From contig NC_047081.1 of assembly GCF_902459465.1 (NCBI RefSeq), forward strand, positions 1,550,001-1,614,000: a stretch of DNA of 64,000 nt, in the 5' to 3' direction. The stretch is from Asterias rubens (taxonomy: Eukaryota). Positions within the stretch are counted from its first letter, which is position 1; the number at the start of each line of letters is the position of its first letter. Positions 1 to 12,596 of the stretch are shown here, one piece after another. Below the pieces are notes generated by a model. The model was not told the origin of the DNA and searched no databases. It worked only from the letters and a program-made list of their open reading frames with translations. A program made the translations under genes and the position numbers.

Positions 1-14
1 CCATCTCAACATAC

Positions 15-176
15 GTCTTGACTGCATCTGGATTCTGCATAAGGGCCCTTGCGATGATGGCGTTGGGATCCTCCCTCTGTGGTGCCGTGTACCTAGACTT
101 AAAGTTAAACATCCCGATGGGCGGTCTGACCACTGGTGGACTGACGAGAGGAGGCGGCCTTGGATGCCTGGGTCGT
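15..176 (-). CDS. Zasp: Zasp long-isoform exon (RPRHPRPPPLVSPPVVRPPIGMFNFKSRYTAPQREDPNAIIARALMQNPDAVK); the gene continues beyond the window
   Basis: Acceptor gtgtgttttaag|A in phase 2 and an open frame. A probable donor AC|GTATGT at 14 gives a symmetric 162-nt exon, but the frame is also open to position 1. Confidence 0.7.
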
Positions 177-3100
177 CTTAAAACACACGACGATGAAGCA
201 GTGAAAAAGGTTTAGAACTATAGGATGGTACAACATGGGTAGTTCAAAAACAAGTCACCACAGTAGTGGTGCCAACTGATAAAAGAAGAGAACACTCTTC
301 CAAATCACATTATAAAGGATGCCCAGACTATTCAAATTGATAAGAATTTATCTTCCATCTTTTAAGAGGAATGTCAATTCCTACCTCCAGCTCCACTGAG
401 TTTCTGCATGTCTATGTTTTCTTCCTTGTAGCCCTTAACCTAGAGTGGCTTTTAGCCTTGTTTTGGGCGACTTGCATAAAAATATAAAAAAATAAAAAAT
501 AAAATAAATGCTCAAAATGTTGTCTTTTTTGACAAGTGAATAGCAATGAATTTCACGAAGCCAACAATTTATAGGTCATTCCCCTTCACACTCATACATG
601 TATAATAAGTCTCTCTGAAGCATTCAGTACAATTTAAAACCAAATGTTTGTTGTTTCATTTTCTAAATACACAGAATATTAAGAAAGCTGATATAATTTT
701 GGGGAAGATAATTCTTTTAAATCCTTTGATAGAAATTGGAAATTCCTTAAAGAGGCCGCTTTTTAGGGGCTATTCTCTCATTTTCTAAAAATGTAAAAAA
801 TAAAATTGTACGTTCTAAAATAAAATTGCAAAAAGTACTTAATGGCCTGACGTTTCGATCCTAGGCCATTAACTATTTTTTGCATTTATACTCTCGGTCC
901 ATTTGGTTGGTAAGTTATTTGCAACAGCTAATTCTATTTTCTCTAAAATAAAATTTATATAAAAATATTTTTAAAAAGCAACAAAATTCTTACGGAAGTT
1001 TGTTTTAAAATATTGAGCAATTACTTACTCAGTGACTTGTAATTTTGCTCATAACCAATACTGTACCAACCCATTAAAAAAAATCTTCCCTCTCGGTTAA
1101 ACATAAAAGATCGATGAGACAAAACACATGGCACACTCATTCAGCTCATAATCAAATACAACGCTTCCAACCAGGGTTTGCTTTTTTTGCAGCCCGGGAT
1201 CTGTCCTATGCCTTGAATTAGGTGCGCCATGCGAACATTCTAAGAATGCGAGTTATGCTGGCTGCACTTAACATGCAAGGGATTGACCCAACAAATCTCT
1301 GTATGAAAAGATAAAAGACCTTGCAAGGCTCGAAACGTCAGGTTAAATATTTTGTGTGCATTTGTACCCTAGGTTCTTTTGGTTGGTAAGTTGCTTGCAA
1401 CAGCTTATTCCACAACACATCTGCGTGGACAGTTTCAGATTTTTGACCTTAACCTTTTTTCAGCGACTAGCTAGCGAAACCAGTTTCGAGAGAATTGTAA
1501 AAACTAATATTGACAACTATGATAAATCTCAGCAAGTGTCTATAAAATAGGTTGTTTGCTCCAAAAAAAGTATAGGCAACTTTATATCGCACAGTTTAAC
1601 CGGAGAGAGGTCATTTTGCAATGATCAAGTCTACACCAAGTGATCAATAAATCATAATATATTGTACCTTCCCTTTCAGACAACCCCATATAAAGCTACC
1701 ATCATATTGGTCATGTTCTCTAAGTGAACAGATGACAATTTGCATATATGCATTACTCCAAAATGGTACCAGACTATCTGCCACTCCCAGCCTCAGTTTG
1801 GGTTTCATTGATTTACATGTGACAACAAGATGGCAGCCTGACAAGGGTCTATAATAAACTATTACGGATACAATATGAACACATAATACACTAGACAGTA
1901 GAGGGCACTGTTTTGCCTCCTACCTAAGGCCTGGACTTGAAAAGCGTCCTTAAAGAAAAAGCTACACCAATAGAAACAGTGGAACTAAAAACGAATCACA
2001 CAGCTTTTTAATCACCCAACTTGAAAATAAAACTTTGTCGAGAACAGGGCCCAATTTTAAAGAGCTGCTAAGAAAATAACATTGCTTAACAACTGTCTGC
2101 CACGCAGAAATGAGCAGGATACCAGTCACAAATTGTATATGTGACACAGTAGTTTGCCTGGTAACCTCATTTTGGTAGGCATATAATTTTGTTGTGCTTC
2201 GCCAGATTTTGAGCCTAAACAGCTCTTTGACATTGGACCTGTGCACAATTTTTCCACTTGAATTTTTTTGAGTCGATCCCCGGTAGCGTGGTATGATATC
2301 TTCGGCATAGCAGGAATGTCACATGACTGGCTCCACACGATTCCAAATGCGTTCATGCTCCCCCTTTCAATACAGCTGCACAGACATTTCTAGAACACTG
2401 TTTCCATTATTTTGTATTAAATAGAAATAATCGTTCTACAACTACTACCAGCCTGTGTTCGTGCTAAAAATACAGACAACGGACAAGGGAACGATAAACA
2501 AATATAACACCGAACTTCCCGCCCAAATTTTGCATTCTATACAAGACTAAGACTCAGTATTTGTGTTTAACTATGTATAGAAACCACACATAAACATTTC
2601 AACAATTCATAAATATTATGATCATTTAAAAGACAAAATGTTTGGGGAAAAAAATGTGCATATGAGCTACAAACACTCTACTCTTACGTTTCAAATTTTC
2701 ATTACAAGTTTTATAATTGTCCAAGACCTGGGAAGTAAGAATTCAGAGAAGAATTAAAGGTGGAACGACTACTTGAGTTATTTCCTACTTATCTAAACTA
2801 ATAAACAGCTAATTAAAAGGCAATTAAAAGGCAATTGTAGACTATGATGTTAAAAAACCGACTTCAGCAAAACAGTTCTGAACATTTCAACAGACATTCT
2901 GAAATAATTTAACCTCCGAATAGTTAATATTCAAAATTCAGTTTGGTTAATAAAAATTTACTTGGGTCAGCTTGAGGGATTTCCCCTAAAAAATATTTAA
3001 AGACCTACACATTTTCATTTCGTGCAAATTATAACAAAAAAAAGAACATTGAAATTCATACACGTAGGAGTAAAAGTTGGGATGCATCTGTTTTCAATTT

Positions 3101-4814
3101 TTATTCAGAGCAAGAATCTTGTCCTCTCACGGCACAGAAAAATGCTGTTATAGTCTGACTACTTTCACTTTCAGCTTAAAAAACAATAAAAATAAATAGG
3201 GAAGGCTTGGTTCAAGACATAACTAAGGAAAACGGAGCATACCATTCCTTTTTAGGGGGGAAGGTTTTAAAGGGAGGGAAGATTTTGTCAACTAGCAGCC
3301 ATGGATCACCATTCAGCGATACTTGACGACGATTCTGACAAAGATTTCGTGAGACTTTTTTTCCATGGAGCGTTGCTGGTAGTCGCTGGCCGAACTCATG
3401 AAGCCTTCTATTCTTTTAGAAGATTAATTATCCGTAGATATCACACTAGCATCAGCTAATGAATTATTCAACACCTACATTTTCAAAAGCACCACCTAAA
3501 GTCAAGTCTACTATTACAAGCTTGCAAGGACAATACCATATGCAATGCCCTTTTTTATCAACATATATTTTCTACTTTTCTTGTTTATGTTCCCGTTCGA
3601 CATGAAGTTAATTTTTTCCCTGAAGTAGAGAGTGCCAGAATCAAAACTACAGCCCTAATAAAAATCGGCACTGCCGAGTTTTCTTTGCTGTTCGAAAGGA
3701 AAATTTGACGCGAAACATCTGACATTTGGAAATGGACACAAATAGGGACGAGCAATCCTTTACATGTATCAAGATTCCGTCCACACCAGCTGGCTGCTGT
3801 TTGCGGGATTCAGCAAAGTAACAACCCTTAGACAACACCGAAGGAATCTCCCCTGACCTTAAATGTGACAACTCAGAATAAAGTAGGGGATTCTAGTCTT
3901 ACTGCTGCTCTTGATGAAAGACCAACTTAAAGCAGATGCTGTTCACGATGTAAAGCGTTATCGTCATTTGCTTGTAATGTATAGTTGTGCAGCAATAGTT
4001 GCTTTAAACACTCCTTTTGAAATGAACATCTACTTGAAGCAGATACTTTTCACGTCATAAAAACACCAAACTATACAATCCTTTTGAAGTCCTACTAAGG
4101 AAATTTGCTTTTGGGTGTTATTGGTAAAAGCTGGTTAGCTTTTATTAGATTTTGCAAAATGTTGGTTACAAAATAATGAATTTGTGATTTACTTTTCTGG
4201 GTTTGTGTGTTTTGTTTTTAAGTGTTAGCCCTAGATATGCATGAGGGTTTTAGTGCATATTATGTAAATGATCGTCAGCATTAGACGTCAGTATATGAAT
4301 TTGTGGCAATAATATTTTCAAATGGAGCCAAGATGGTGAGAGATTTTTACACCATGGCGAGAAATGTTTTGCGCAACAAATTTAATGAGCAGCTCAATGA
4401 AATGAAATAATTCTTCATAGCCAGATGCTGCGAAAATGGTACTGACGTAAAATTGGTGCTGATGTAAGAAAGTTGCTTTTACGATCTGTGGGTCGTTTTC
4501 AAAAGGTTGTTTTCAAGGTCATTATTTAGAGTTTAAAGGCTATTTTGAAATAAGCATTTAAGGTGTGACCTTTTAGAATGGTCATTTTAAAATAAGCCTT
4601 CAAAATATGACCCTAAAACAAATGACCTCACAAACGACCTTCTAGTAATAAACCATTAAACAAAGATGGAAGGACGTTATCAGCCACGACCTGAGATATG
4701 ACCCATAAGTGCGCAGCTTCCATTTTGTTGTTTATTTGATCAGCGAAAGGGGAGAGATTATGATTGGTTTCTTTTAGTTTTAATAATGAAAAAAAAAGAT
4801 GATTGATAACTTAC

Positions 4815-5015
4815 TTGTCCTGGGGTGCACTGTAGTGTTGTTGAGCTGGCGGCTGGGATGGTTTGTAGTGTTGTTGAGCTGGCGGCTGGGATGGTTTGTA
4901 GTGTTGTGTGGCAGGAGGAGGGGGTGCGCTGTAGGGTTTTGCGGCAGGGGGAGCGCTGTGGTGCTGCGCCGTGGTCGGTTGGGACGAAGAGCCGTTGGTG
5001 TATGATGGGCTGCTG
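4815..5015 (-). CDS. Zasp: Zasp long-isoform exon (201 nt, phase 2-2, Pro/Gln/His/Ser-rich linker with a 33-nt internal duplication)
   Basis: Acceptor tttgttttctattccag|CAGCAG, donor AA|GTAAGT. The frame is open and phase-compatible with the donor at 12523. Confidence 0.78.
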
Positions 5016-5023
5016 CTGGAATA

Positions 5024-5295
5024 GAAAACAAACCGATACAAATGCCCGTCCCAATAGGAAAGTGGTAACTATGTCTTGGTATCTTGGTGGTTGAGATATT
5101 TTAGGTAATATTTATGAGGTTTTTGGAAAGTTGTAGGTTCGAATCCTGGTTTGGCTGTTGAAATAAAATAGAAACTGATACAAATGCCCGTTCACAGAGG
5201 ACAAAACCCGGCGGAAACTATCTTTGATATCTTGGTGGGATTTGATGTAATAAGAGGTGTTGGAAAGTTGTGGGTTCGAATCCCGGTTCGGCCGT
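5024..5295. repeat. Tandem duplication of about 139 bp containing the acceptor region of the 201-nt Zasp exon
   Basis: Two copies of gatacaaatgcccgt...tatcttggtgg...ttggaaagttgt(a/g)ggttcgaatcc. Confidence 0.8.
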
Positions 5296-8200
5296 AAGCT
5301 TTGACTGTTCAGTTTGAAGCAGAGCTTGCAGAATCGTTGAGTAGACAAAACCTAGTCCTCCGATGGATTGGCGGACACAAGTGGCGATTCATCAAATTGA
5401 GACAGAGTACCAGGAAGAAGGAGTTCCAGGGTAGCCTGGCTTTTGCAAATCTTCACTCAGCCCTACTCCCTGGAATGCATTAGATAATCATCCAAGTTTG
5501 AGCCCTGGAAGCCGACAGCAAAAAGTCTGATGGACCAAAGTCAACAACTACCCTGAGATCATGAGGCAATACGATAACACCAATGGCCAGCAAATAAGCA
5601 TGAAGCTTGAAGACAAATCAGTCTGGTCCCCTTTCATGAAGTGACATTTACAACTACAAATGTACAGTCGTATACAGGGAACATGACAAAAATGGTGGCA
5701 GCTGGATACAAACTTGCCAAGAAACAAAAACATTATTTCCACAAATTCAACAGTCCATTTAATTTCTCCAAAACTCGGATGTGGTCATAGTCATACATGT
5801 TCAAGTATTGTGGAGCATTTTAAAATTAAATATTTTTATGGGAAGTCACACACACAAATGTTACATATGTTTGAGTTTACTCAATAAGAGTAAGTATTAG
5901 GAACAACCCGGTTTAAAATTGCACACTTAAAATAAATAGTTAAAAAACCTTATGAGCTATTTTTCTATAAAAAAAGATATACATAGATACCATAAATATC
6001 TTTCTACATATTATAAATACTATATTGTTATAGGTATATGATAATACCTTCTATTATGGTGTTACAATACTCTATATTTCATAAACTGTAAGAGTTTCAA
6101 CTTCAAACTATTCCTATGACAAAACTTTGGTTGATTTCCTATGATTTCCTAAGGGAAGGTATATGCCTGGTTTTTGGAACAGTGCAATTGTATTTATCCC
6201 ATACAATAGTAGATGTATAACAAATCTAACATGTGCAAATTTCATTTCAAAAGGTGGTCATTAATTGAGATACCCCCCCCCCCAAAAAAAAAAATCCGAA
6301 GCGAATATGTCCACCGGGAAGAACAATCCGCAGTAGGAATACACAATCTGAGAAACGTTTCTTCTCAGGTTCAAATTTTGGGCCTTAAAACAGATATCTT
6401 TTTACAGAACCACATAACTTCAAAGTGAAATTTTTCTCCAAATGCTTTATACTATCGAAAGCTGCTGTGGGCTTCTATAATAAACCAAAAGTTGTTATTG
6501 CCATTAATTTGATGAATGTTTACCAAATGTATACCTTCCCTTTAAGACAGAGAATAGGCACAGAATCCACACAAAAACCATGGTCTCCCAGAGAAGGTAC
6601 AATATATTACCAAAGTGACACAAAATATCACTTGTTGAAGAGCATCTGCAATAAACTTCAGTCACAAACAAATTGTCTATTACTTTTGAATTTCAGACTG
6701 GAAGACTGCGCAAAAACAAAACCTTGGAATCAATTTACATTCTTCCATGAAAGATATTGGTTGACAATTAGAAGATTGAGCATAACCTTTCAAAAGGTCA
6801 CATGACAAAAGGTCAAATGTCCTGTCACAGACAGTGTACCAGCTGGCATTGTATTTAACTAAAGGGTAAAAGTATGGTTACCACTTTTCCAAAAACAAAA
6901 TGGCCACTGCACTGGTTTCCTGTATTAACGGTGCTGCATTATTATCTACATGAACTGCTGTACATAAACCAGTGTACTACACCTATGTCACGCATACTCT
7001 ATCCCCATGAGGGCAGTACAACTGTTGAATTTTTGGCATGATTTCAAATTCAGAGTTTTAAGAATCTTCCGGGAAAACAAATCAAAACAAAATTTCCTTT
7101 CTCAGCTCCGCAGCACTGGTTGTCTCCACTCAAAATTAAACAGATACCAACAATATTTTTCTGAAATCCAAAAAGTTTCAGTGATTTTCTTCTTCTTTTT
7201 CTTCATCAAAATTGCTAGAAGTATACATTATGCAAATATGGCAACAATGTGGCAATTTTTTTTTTGAGGCAAGACTATAAATTGACAAAGCATACAAAAT
7301 CAGACACACAAATAAAAAGTCAAAGACAACTTACGTTTTGTGACAGTAGCACCATACAACACACACGATCCACTACAAACATGTAAACGTCTTTTCTCAG
7401 AAAATTAAATATTTTAAGAGGGGGTTGAAATCGGATACGATTAAAAAATAAATAACTTGGACGGAGACTGAGTTCTATCACCAGACGATGTAGAAATCAG
7501 ACTGGGCATGGTTCCTGAATCGGTCGACCATCATCGCCAAGCGACAAACATTCCTCCTTGACTTCTGGCATTTACAGAACCTCTCCGCACATGCGTGGTA
7601 CCGATTAAGTATCACTGGTGACCGGTATTTGAGATACCCAGCTTGTCAGATTTAAAGATGAGCGATCTATTAAGGCTGTGGGTTTGGGGCGACCAGGGGT
7701 GGATTTCACAAAGAGTGAAGACTAGTCTTATCTAGAGTCAGGATGAGCTACTGGTCCCAACTTAGGACTAGACTTAAGTATATAACTCCTATATATTCCT
7801 GGGACTAGTCCTTAAGTTACCTTCATGAAACCGACCCCAGGGCATCTAAGGAGTGTATTTGTCTTGGTTTAAAGTTATATTGCTCGGACTTTTTTCATTG
7901 AATACAAAAATGGTTTTAGCCCAAGCCAAAAGCACCTAATCCAAGGCAACGTGTCATTTATTTTAATTTTAGGAATTGAACCAAGATTGTGAAGTCCCTT
8001 TAAAACCTGACAATGCTAGAACACAGCTGGTAATTTATCTCTCAATCTTCATGTAAAATAAAAGGGAACCAGTAAAGCGATACGGCTAAATAAATACAAT
8101 TTTTAACTGGTAACATATATGAAATTGCGACCTCGTAATAAAGAGCCACAGAAACAATTCTCAAATCAATTTTATCTTCTGACGATTAATTTTTAACAAA

Positions 8201-8683
8201 ATCGAAATATTGTCATCTTCAAATCTGTACTGCCCCTTTAAGCTCTATGCAACTGTCAACCATGAATTCCTTAAATACTTTCTGAGCCACGATCTTTCGG
8301 TATTCCCTTTGAACTTGGGTTAAAGTCAAAACTCTCACCATGGAAAGTCCACGCTTCATGTTTCTATAACATTTTATTCTCCGAGAGACATAGAAAATTC
8401 TTCAGAACTTGAGATTGTCTGTCATTTCAAAGACTCTAGTCTGTACAATTGCAGGACAAAATATTATAAAATATTACTATCTTGGTCTTGTACCCAAGCT
8501 TCATTCATCTACCACTATAAAACATACATCTCAAGGCACTTCAAGGTTTTTGTGACTAAATTGTTACCCAACTATTCTGAATACATAGGCCTACTTATTG
8601 CATAGGTTTGATAAATATTCTTTAATAAATAAATAAATCACAGCAGTACTCTAGAATGTCATTGACTTAGGAAAACTTTGTGG

Positions 8684-8960
8684 CCAATCAGCAGCTCTTT
8701 TGCACAAACACACTCATTTTCTGACTCTGGGTCGATTTGATTGGCTCCTTTGGATGTTGCCTCCTTGTGATTGGGCAGAAAGGCCCCTGAATCAGCATAG
8801 CAATAAATGCCAGTGGCAACTGTTTTGCATAAGCTCCCTCTTTTGGCTGACTCTCTCTCCTTCTGATTGGTCGCTTTGTGTTCCAGCTTGTTGCTGATTG
8901 GATGAAGGGGCCCCTGAACCAGCACAGGCAGCTTTACCAATTCCTGCCGATAGAGGGCAG
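8684..8960. promoter_or_regulatory. Cluster of five CCAATCA boxes plus a CTCF-like motif (candidate internal promoter or enhancer, or an alternative exon)
   Basis: CCAAT/ATTGG at 8684, 8740, 8770, 8866 and 8897; CCGATAGAGGGCAG at 8947-8960. Confidence 0.35.
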
Positions 8961-10627
8961 AAGGGGAGAGAGTCAGCACAAAGAGTGAAGTTTGGTCTTG
9001 TTTAAAACATCTTTTCATTCCAGGGTCAAAGGTCATCGAGGTATCTGTAGCAATCACAGCATGCACCCTCTTACCCCGCTCCTAAAAGGGCTCAACAAGG
9101 ACAAACTATCTTTAACTTAACTTAAAAATTTGAATCTGAGAAAGACTTCAGGCCAGAGCCTTTCTCTCATCAGACATCCTAAAGTGAAAAAAAAAATTGA
9201 ACAAGGGTTTTTTTCTTTCGTTCATTATTTTCAGGGAACTTCGATGTCTAATAAAGCGAACACTTTCACATGTTTATTATTTTATCCATAGTTGGGATAC
9301 ACCGAGTCAGACCACTAGTCCTTAACAATTACCAAACGTGTTCAGTGCCTTGAAAACAATTTGGAAAGATCCAGCAGTTTAAAAGTTCACCAGCGACAAG
9401 GAAGAAATAAACAAGCTTAATCTTATTTGTCGAAGTAAGAGAATGTTTTGTTATCGTCTACATTCAGCTGAATATTGGTTACAGCATTATGATTTTTTTA
9501 AGAGAACATTCCAATGTATGAGTTTTAATAAACACGCCACATCATCTGCCTCTTTAAGTTTCAACTAATTTTATGGCAAAGCATCAAATGATCCTTTCGG
9601 TTTAGGACTACTGTTTACTTTCATATAAACATTCTTATTTTGATCTGGCAAATTGAAATAAGAATCCACGATTTGGAAACAAGTTTCTCACCTAAGAGTC
9701 AATACTCAGGGATGTGATAGGCTGTTGAGGAAAAAAATCTAAACCATTCTGAGCACAAAGCGCGAAACTTGCATGCAAGCTCGAAAAATAGCGAGCACGA
9801 AGCCCAATATCACGATTTATTTTTGGTTTTAAAAACCCTTCTCTGCAATCTGGGGGTTATATAATTGTTTTAACCTTTTTTATTTATTTTTTTATTTATT
9901 TTTTATTTTTATTGATCTTTAAAAAAAAAAGGTTGGGAGAAAAAAAAAAACACTGGCACTCTTTTTCGATCGGTTATACAAATATATCACATCCCTAAAA
10001 TGCTTCCGACAAAACAAGTCTTCAGGACAGTTGGTTTCATGCAGAAATCTTCAGGACTTTTGTTTTCTTGCAGAAAAGTTTCTCAGATCAAAAATGTTTT
10101 TTGTATCCCTCTCCATAAAACAACATCCCTTTAAAGAAAATCATTTCTCAAGATGTTTAACATCAACAGCTGCAGTGCTTCTCTTTCCAATTAAGTTTCC
10201 ATAGCCATTAATATTTGGAGTAATTACCAAAGGTATACCCTCCCTTTAAGAAATCCCTGTATTTGTATAGTCTGGTCTGCCTTGAAGTGTATAGTGACCC
10301 AGACTTAATTTAAGGTCTTGTAAAAACACATTGGGGGGATTTACACTCCGATGATTAAGAAATGGCAGGAGATATTTTTAACGGATGATTCATCTTTGAC
10401 ATATGTATGCACGACATTCCCAAACTGACACTCTGAGGTCAAACATATAATTAACTTTAAAGGGAAGGTATCCTTTAGTAAAGAGACTAGGCATAGCTAG
10501 GTAAAATCAAAAGTAAAATACTTGACTCCACAAAATGGCGTGCCGTGTTACGTGTCAGTTCAAAATGTATAAGGAAAACTGAAAGTTTTGAGGCATTTTT
10601 GTTTGGATCATTATAATTCTACTTTTC

Positions 10628-10730
10628 GAGGGTCGTGGGTTCGAATCCCACCCGAGTAACATGCCTGTGATATTTTTTCACAGGACTCGGGAAAGTACTG
10701 AGTATACAGTGCTAACACACATCGGTGTAT

Positions 10731-10761
<31 letters not shown>
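10628..10761 (+). mobile_element. tRNA-derived SINE, 5'-truncated, with poly(A) tail
   Basis: B-box GGTTCGAATCC, conserved body and an A-tail of about 27 nt. Homologous to 45604-45790 (-) and 33180-33245. Confidence 0.85.
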
Positions 10762-11985
10762 CAATTCTACTTTTAAAACATGAAAAGTGACAGCCTAACT
10801 GTCCCAGGTCTCTGGCAGAAAGGGCCAGTCCCTTAATAGCAAGCAACATTCAACGCCTCTTGTGCTTTCTTCTCATGGAGCTGACTGAGATTCCTGAGAT
10901 CCTCCGTCGACAAAAATTATCCCCCACACCAAGAGGATGTTTTCAACAACTGCCAAATTCCTCCTCTGCAGCCGATCTAAAGACGGCCTCCAAAAAATTA
11001 CTTAATTTTCTCTTTTTTTATGGTCGACCCCGGTCTTATAGCTGACAATTTCTCTCGCTGCGTGATAACCTGACTGGGTTCGTTACGTGGTTACCGTGAC
11101 AAAGGTACCAAGAACTGTATGTGATAAATACTTATCCATGGCAGGGTACCAACTGTCTAAACTGATAATCGAATGCCTTATTTTTTATTTATTTTTACTT
11201 CAGCAAACCAGGTGTGTCTGAGCTGGTAAACTGGAGTATTAATGTTAAAATTATGCAGGAATGTTGTATCCCTTGGTTGTAGGGCACTAGCTGAAATGAA
11301 TGCCATCTTTGTAGACTACAGGGAACCAACTGTGTCTGAGTTGGTGACCCGTTGAAATAGGGCAGACGCCCTTAAAGAAGAGAACCCATAAGGGTCTTGG
11401 TTTCTTTACCAGTAAGGTTGAGGCAAAACACATCTCTTGAGTGTTTTGGGACACCTTCGGATGAGATCAACACGTACGTAAGAACTGATTATTTCCAGTA
11501 TCTTGAACTTTTTTACGGGATGTGAAGTAAGTTTTAATCCATCGAGCATCCATTGTACATGTAGCACATCCACAATCAACACAAGCAGGCTTCGAATTAC
11601 TCACCAGAAGGACTTATTAATTGGAGCAAGCGCCATGAGCACTTTCGTGAATAACGGCGCTATAAAAGACGTCAATTTTATTAGAAGTACATGAAGTAAT
11701 GACCAGCGACGCGACCAGGATTCGAACCCACTTTCTGGATTGTTGACGATTCCGTTCGACAGTCAGGTTTGACCCCAACGATGTAATCCAAGACGGAAGG
11801 GGGAACCAAACAGCAGTATTGCATCAAAATTGGTTCAATCCAAAGCTAACTGGAGTTGCACTCAAACCCCCAAATTAATGCTTTTGAAGCTGTTGAAACT
11901 TGGGTATATAACTAACTCAACCACCAAGATACCCAAACAGAATCAAGGGTACAACAGTAATACAAATTAAGCAGTTTGTAACCTT

Positions 11986-12155
11986 GGCCCTTTTCGAAAC
12001 GACGGATTCAGCTTTGGATTAGGCTCTGGCTAGCTTGGCCCCGCCGGTTGTTTTGACAATTGTGCGTGCTTTGCATATACGCGCTCAGGGCTTCAGACGA
12101 GAGAACTGAGCCTCAAGGCGAATCCAAAGCCGAAGCCATGGTTTGGAAAAGAGCC
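11986..12155. mobile_element. MITE (ggcccttttcgaaac...ggcttcagacgagag...gaaaagggcc); second copy at 33585-33770
   Basis: Two homologous copies with inverted termini. Confidence 0.7.
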
Positions 12156-12519
12156 ATAGAATGAAAAGGCAAAAATTTAACAACAGAGCGGCCATCTTTG
12201 TCTACTTGTAGTTCCCACCATCAGCAATGAGATAACTACTGTTTCATCCTCCAATGACTGGGACCAGACTATTCTCTTGAAGTGACAACATGGTTATTGA
12301 TTGTATTTTTTTTGGGGGGGGGGGGATCAGGGAATTTGTGGTTGTTTGTGTGCATACTCCATGTTGCTAGGCATCAGGCTTTTCCACTAGCACTTGGCCA
12401 GAGGACCACTGCTAAAAGAATGCTAGTCTGGTGCCATCAGATATCAGTATCAACTAGTGTACTTCAGAATGAAACAAGACAAAGATGGGCGCTGTTGATG
12501 TTATACAATGTAATCTGTC

Positions 12520-12596
12520 TTACCCAGCTGATGCGTCCATACGTGCTTGCCTCTCACAGTTGTGGCAGTACTCCTTCCCTTGAACAGTGAAGAATC
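12520..12596 (-). CDS. Zasp: Zasp/PDLIM coding exon 8 (LIM1 end [25 protein letters not shown]); the stop overlaps a splice donor
   Basis: Acceptor ttttcccccgccacctcag|GA. TAA at 12522-12520 lies inside GG|GTAAGA. Confidence 0.9.

Noticed and set aside
12313-12326. Poly-G runs here and at many other sites (about 14787, 22183, 23290, 30489, 33891, 45209, 61808)
   Set aside because: They are simple homopolymers scattered without positional pattern, and their lengths may be affected by sequencing error.
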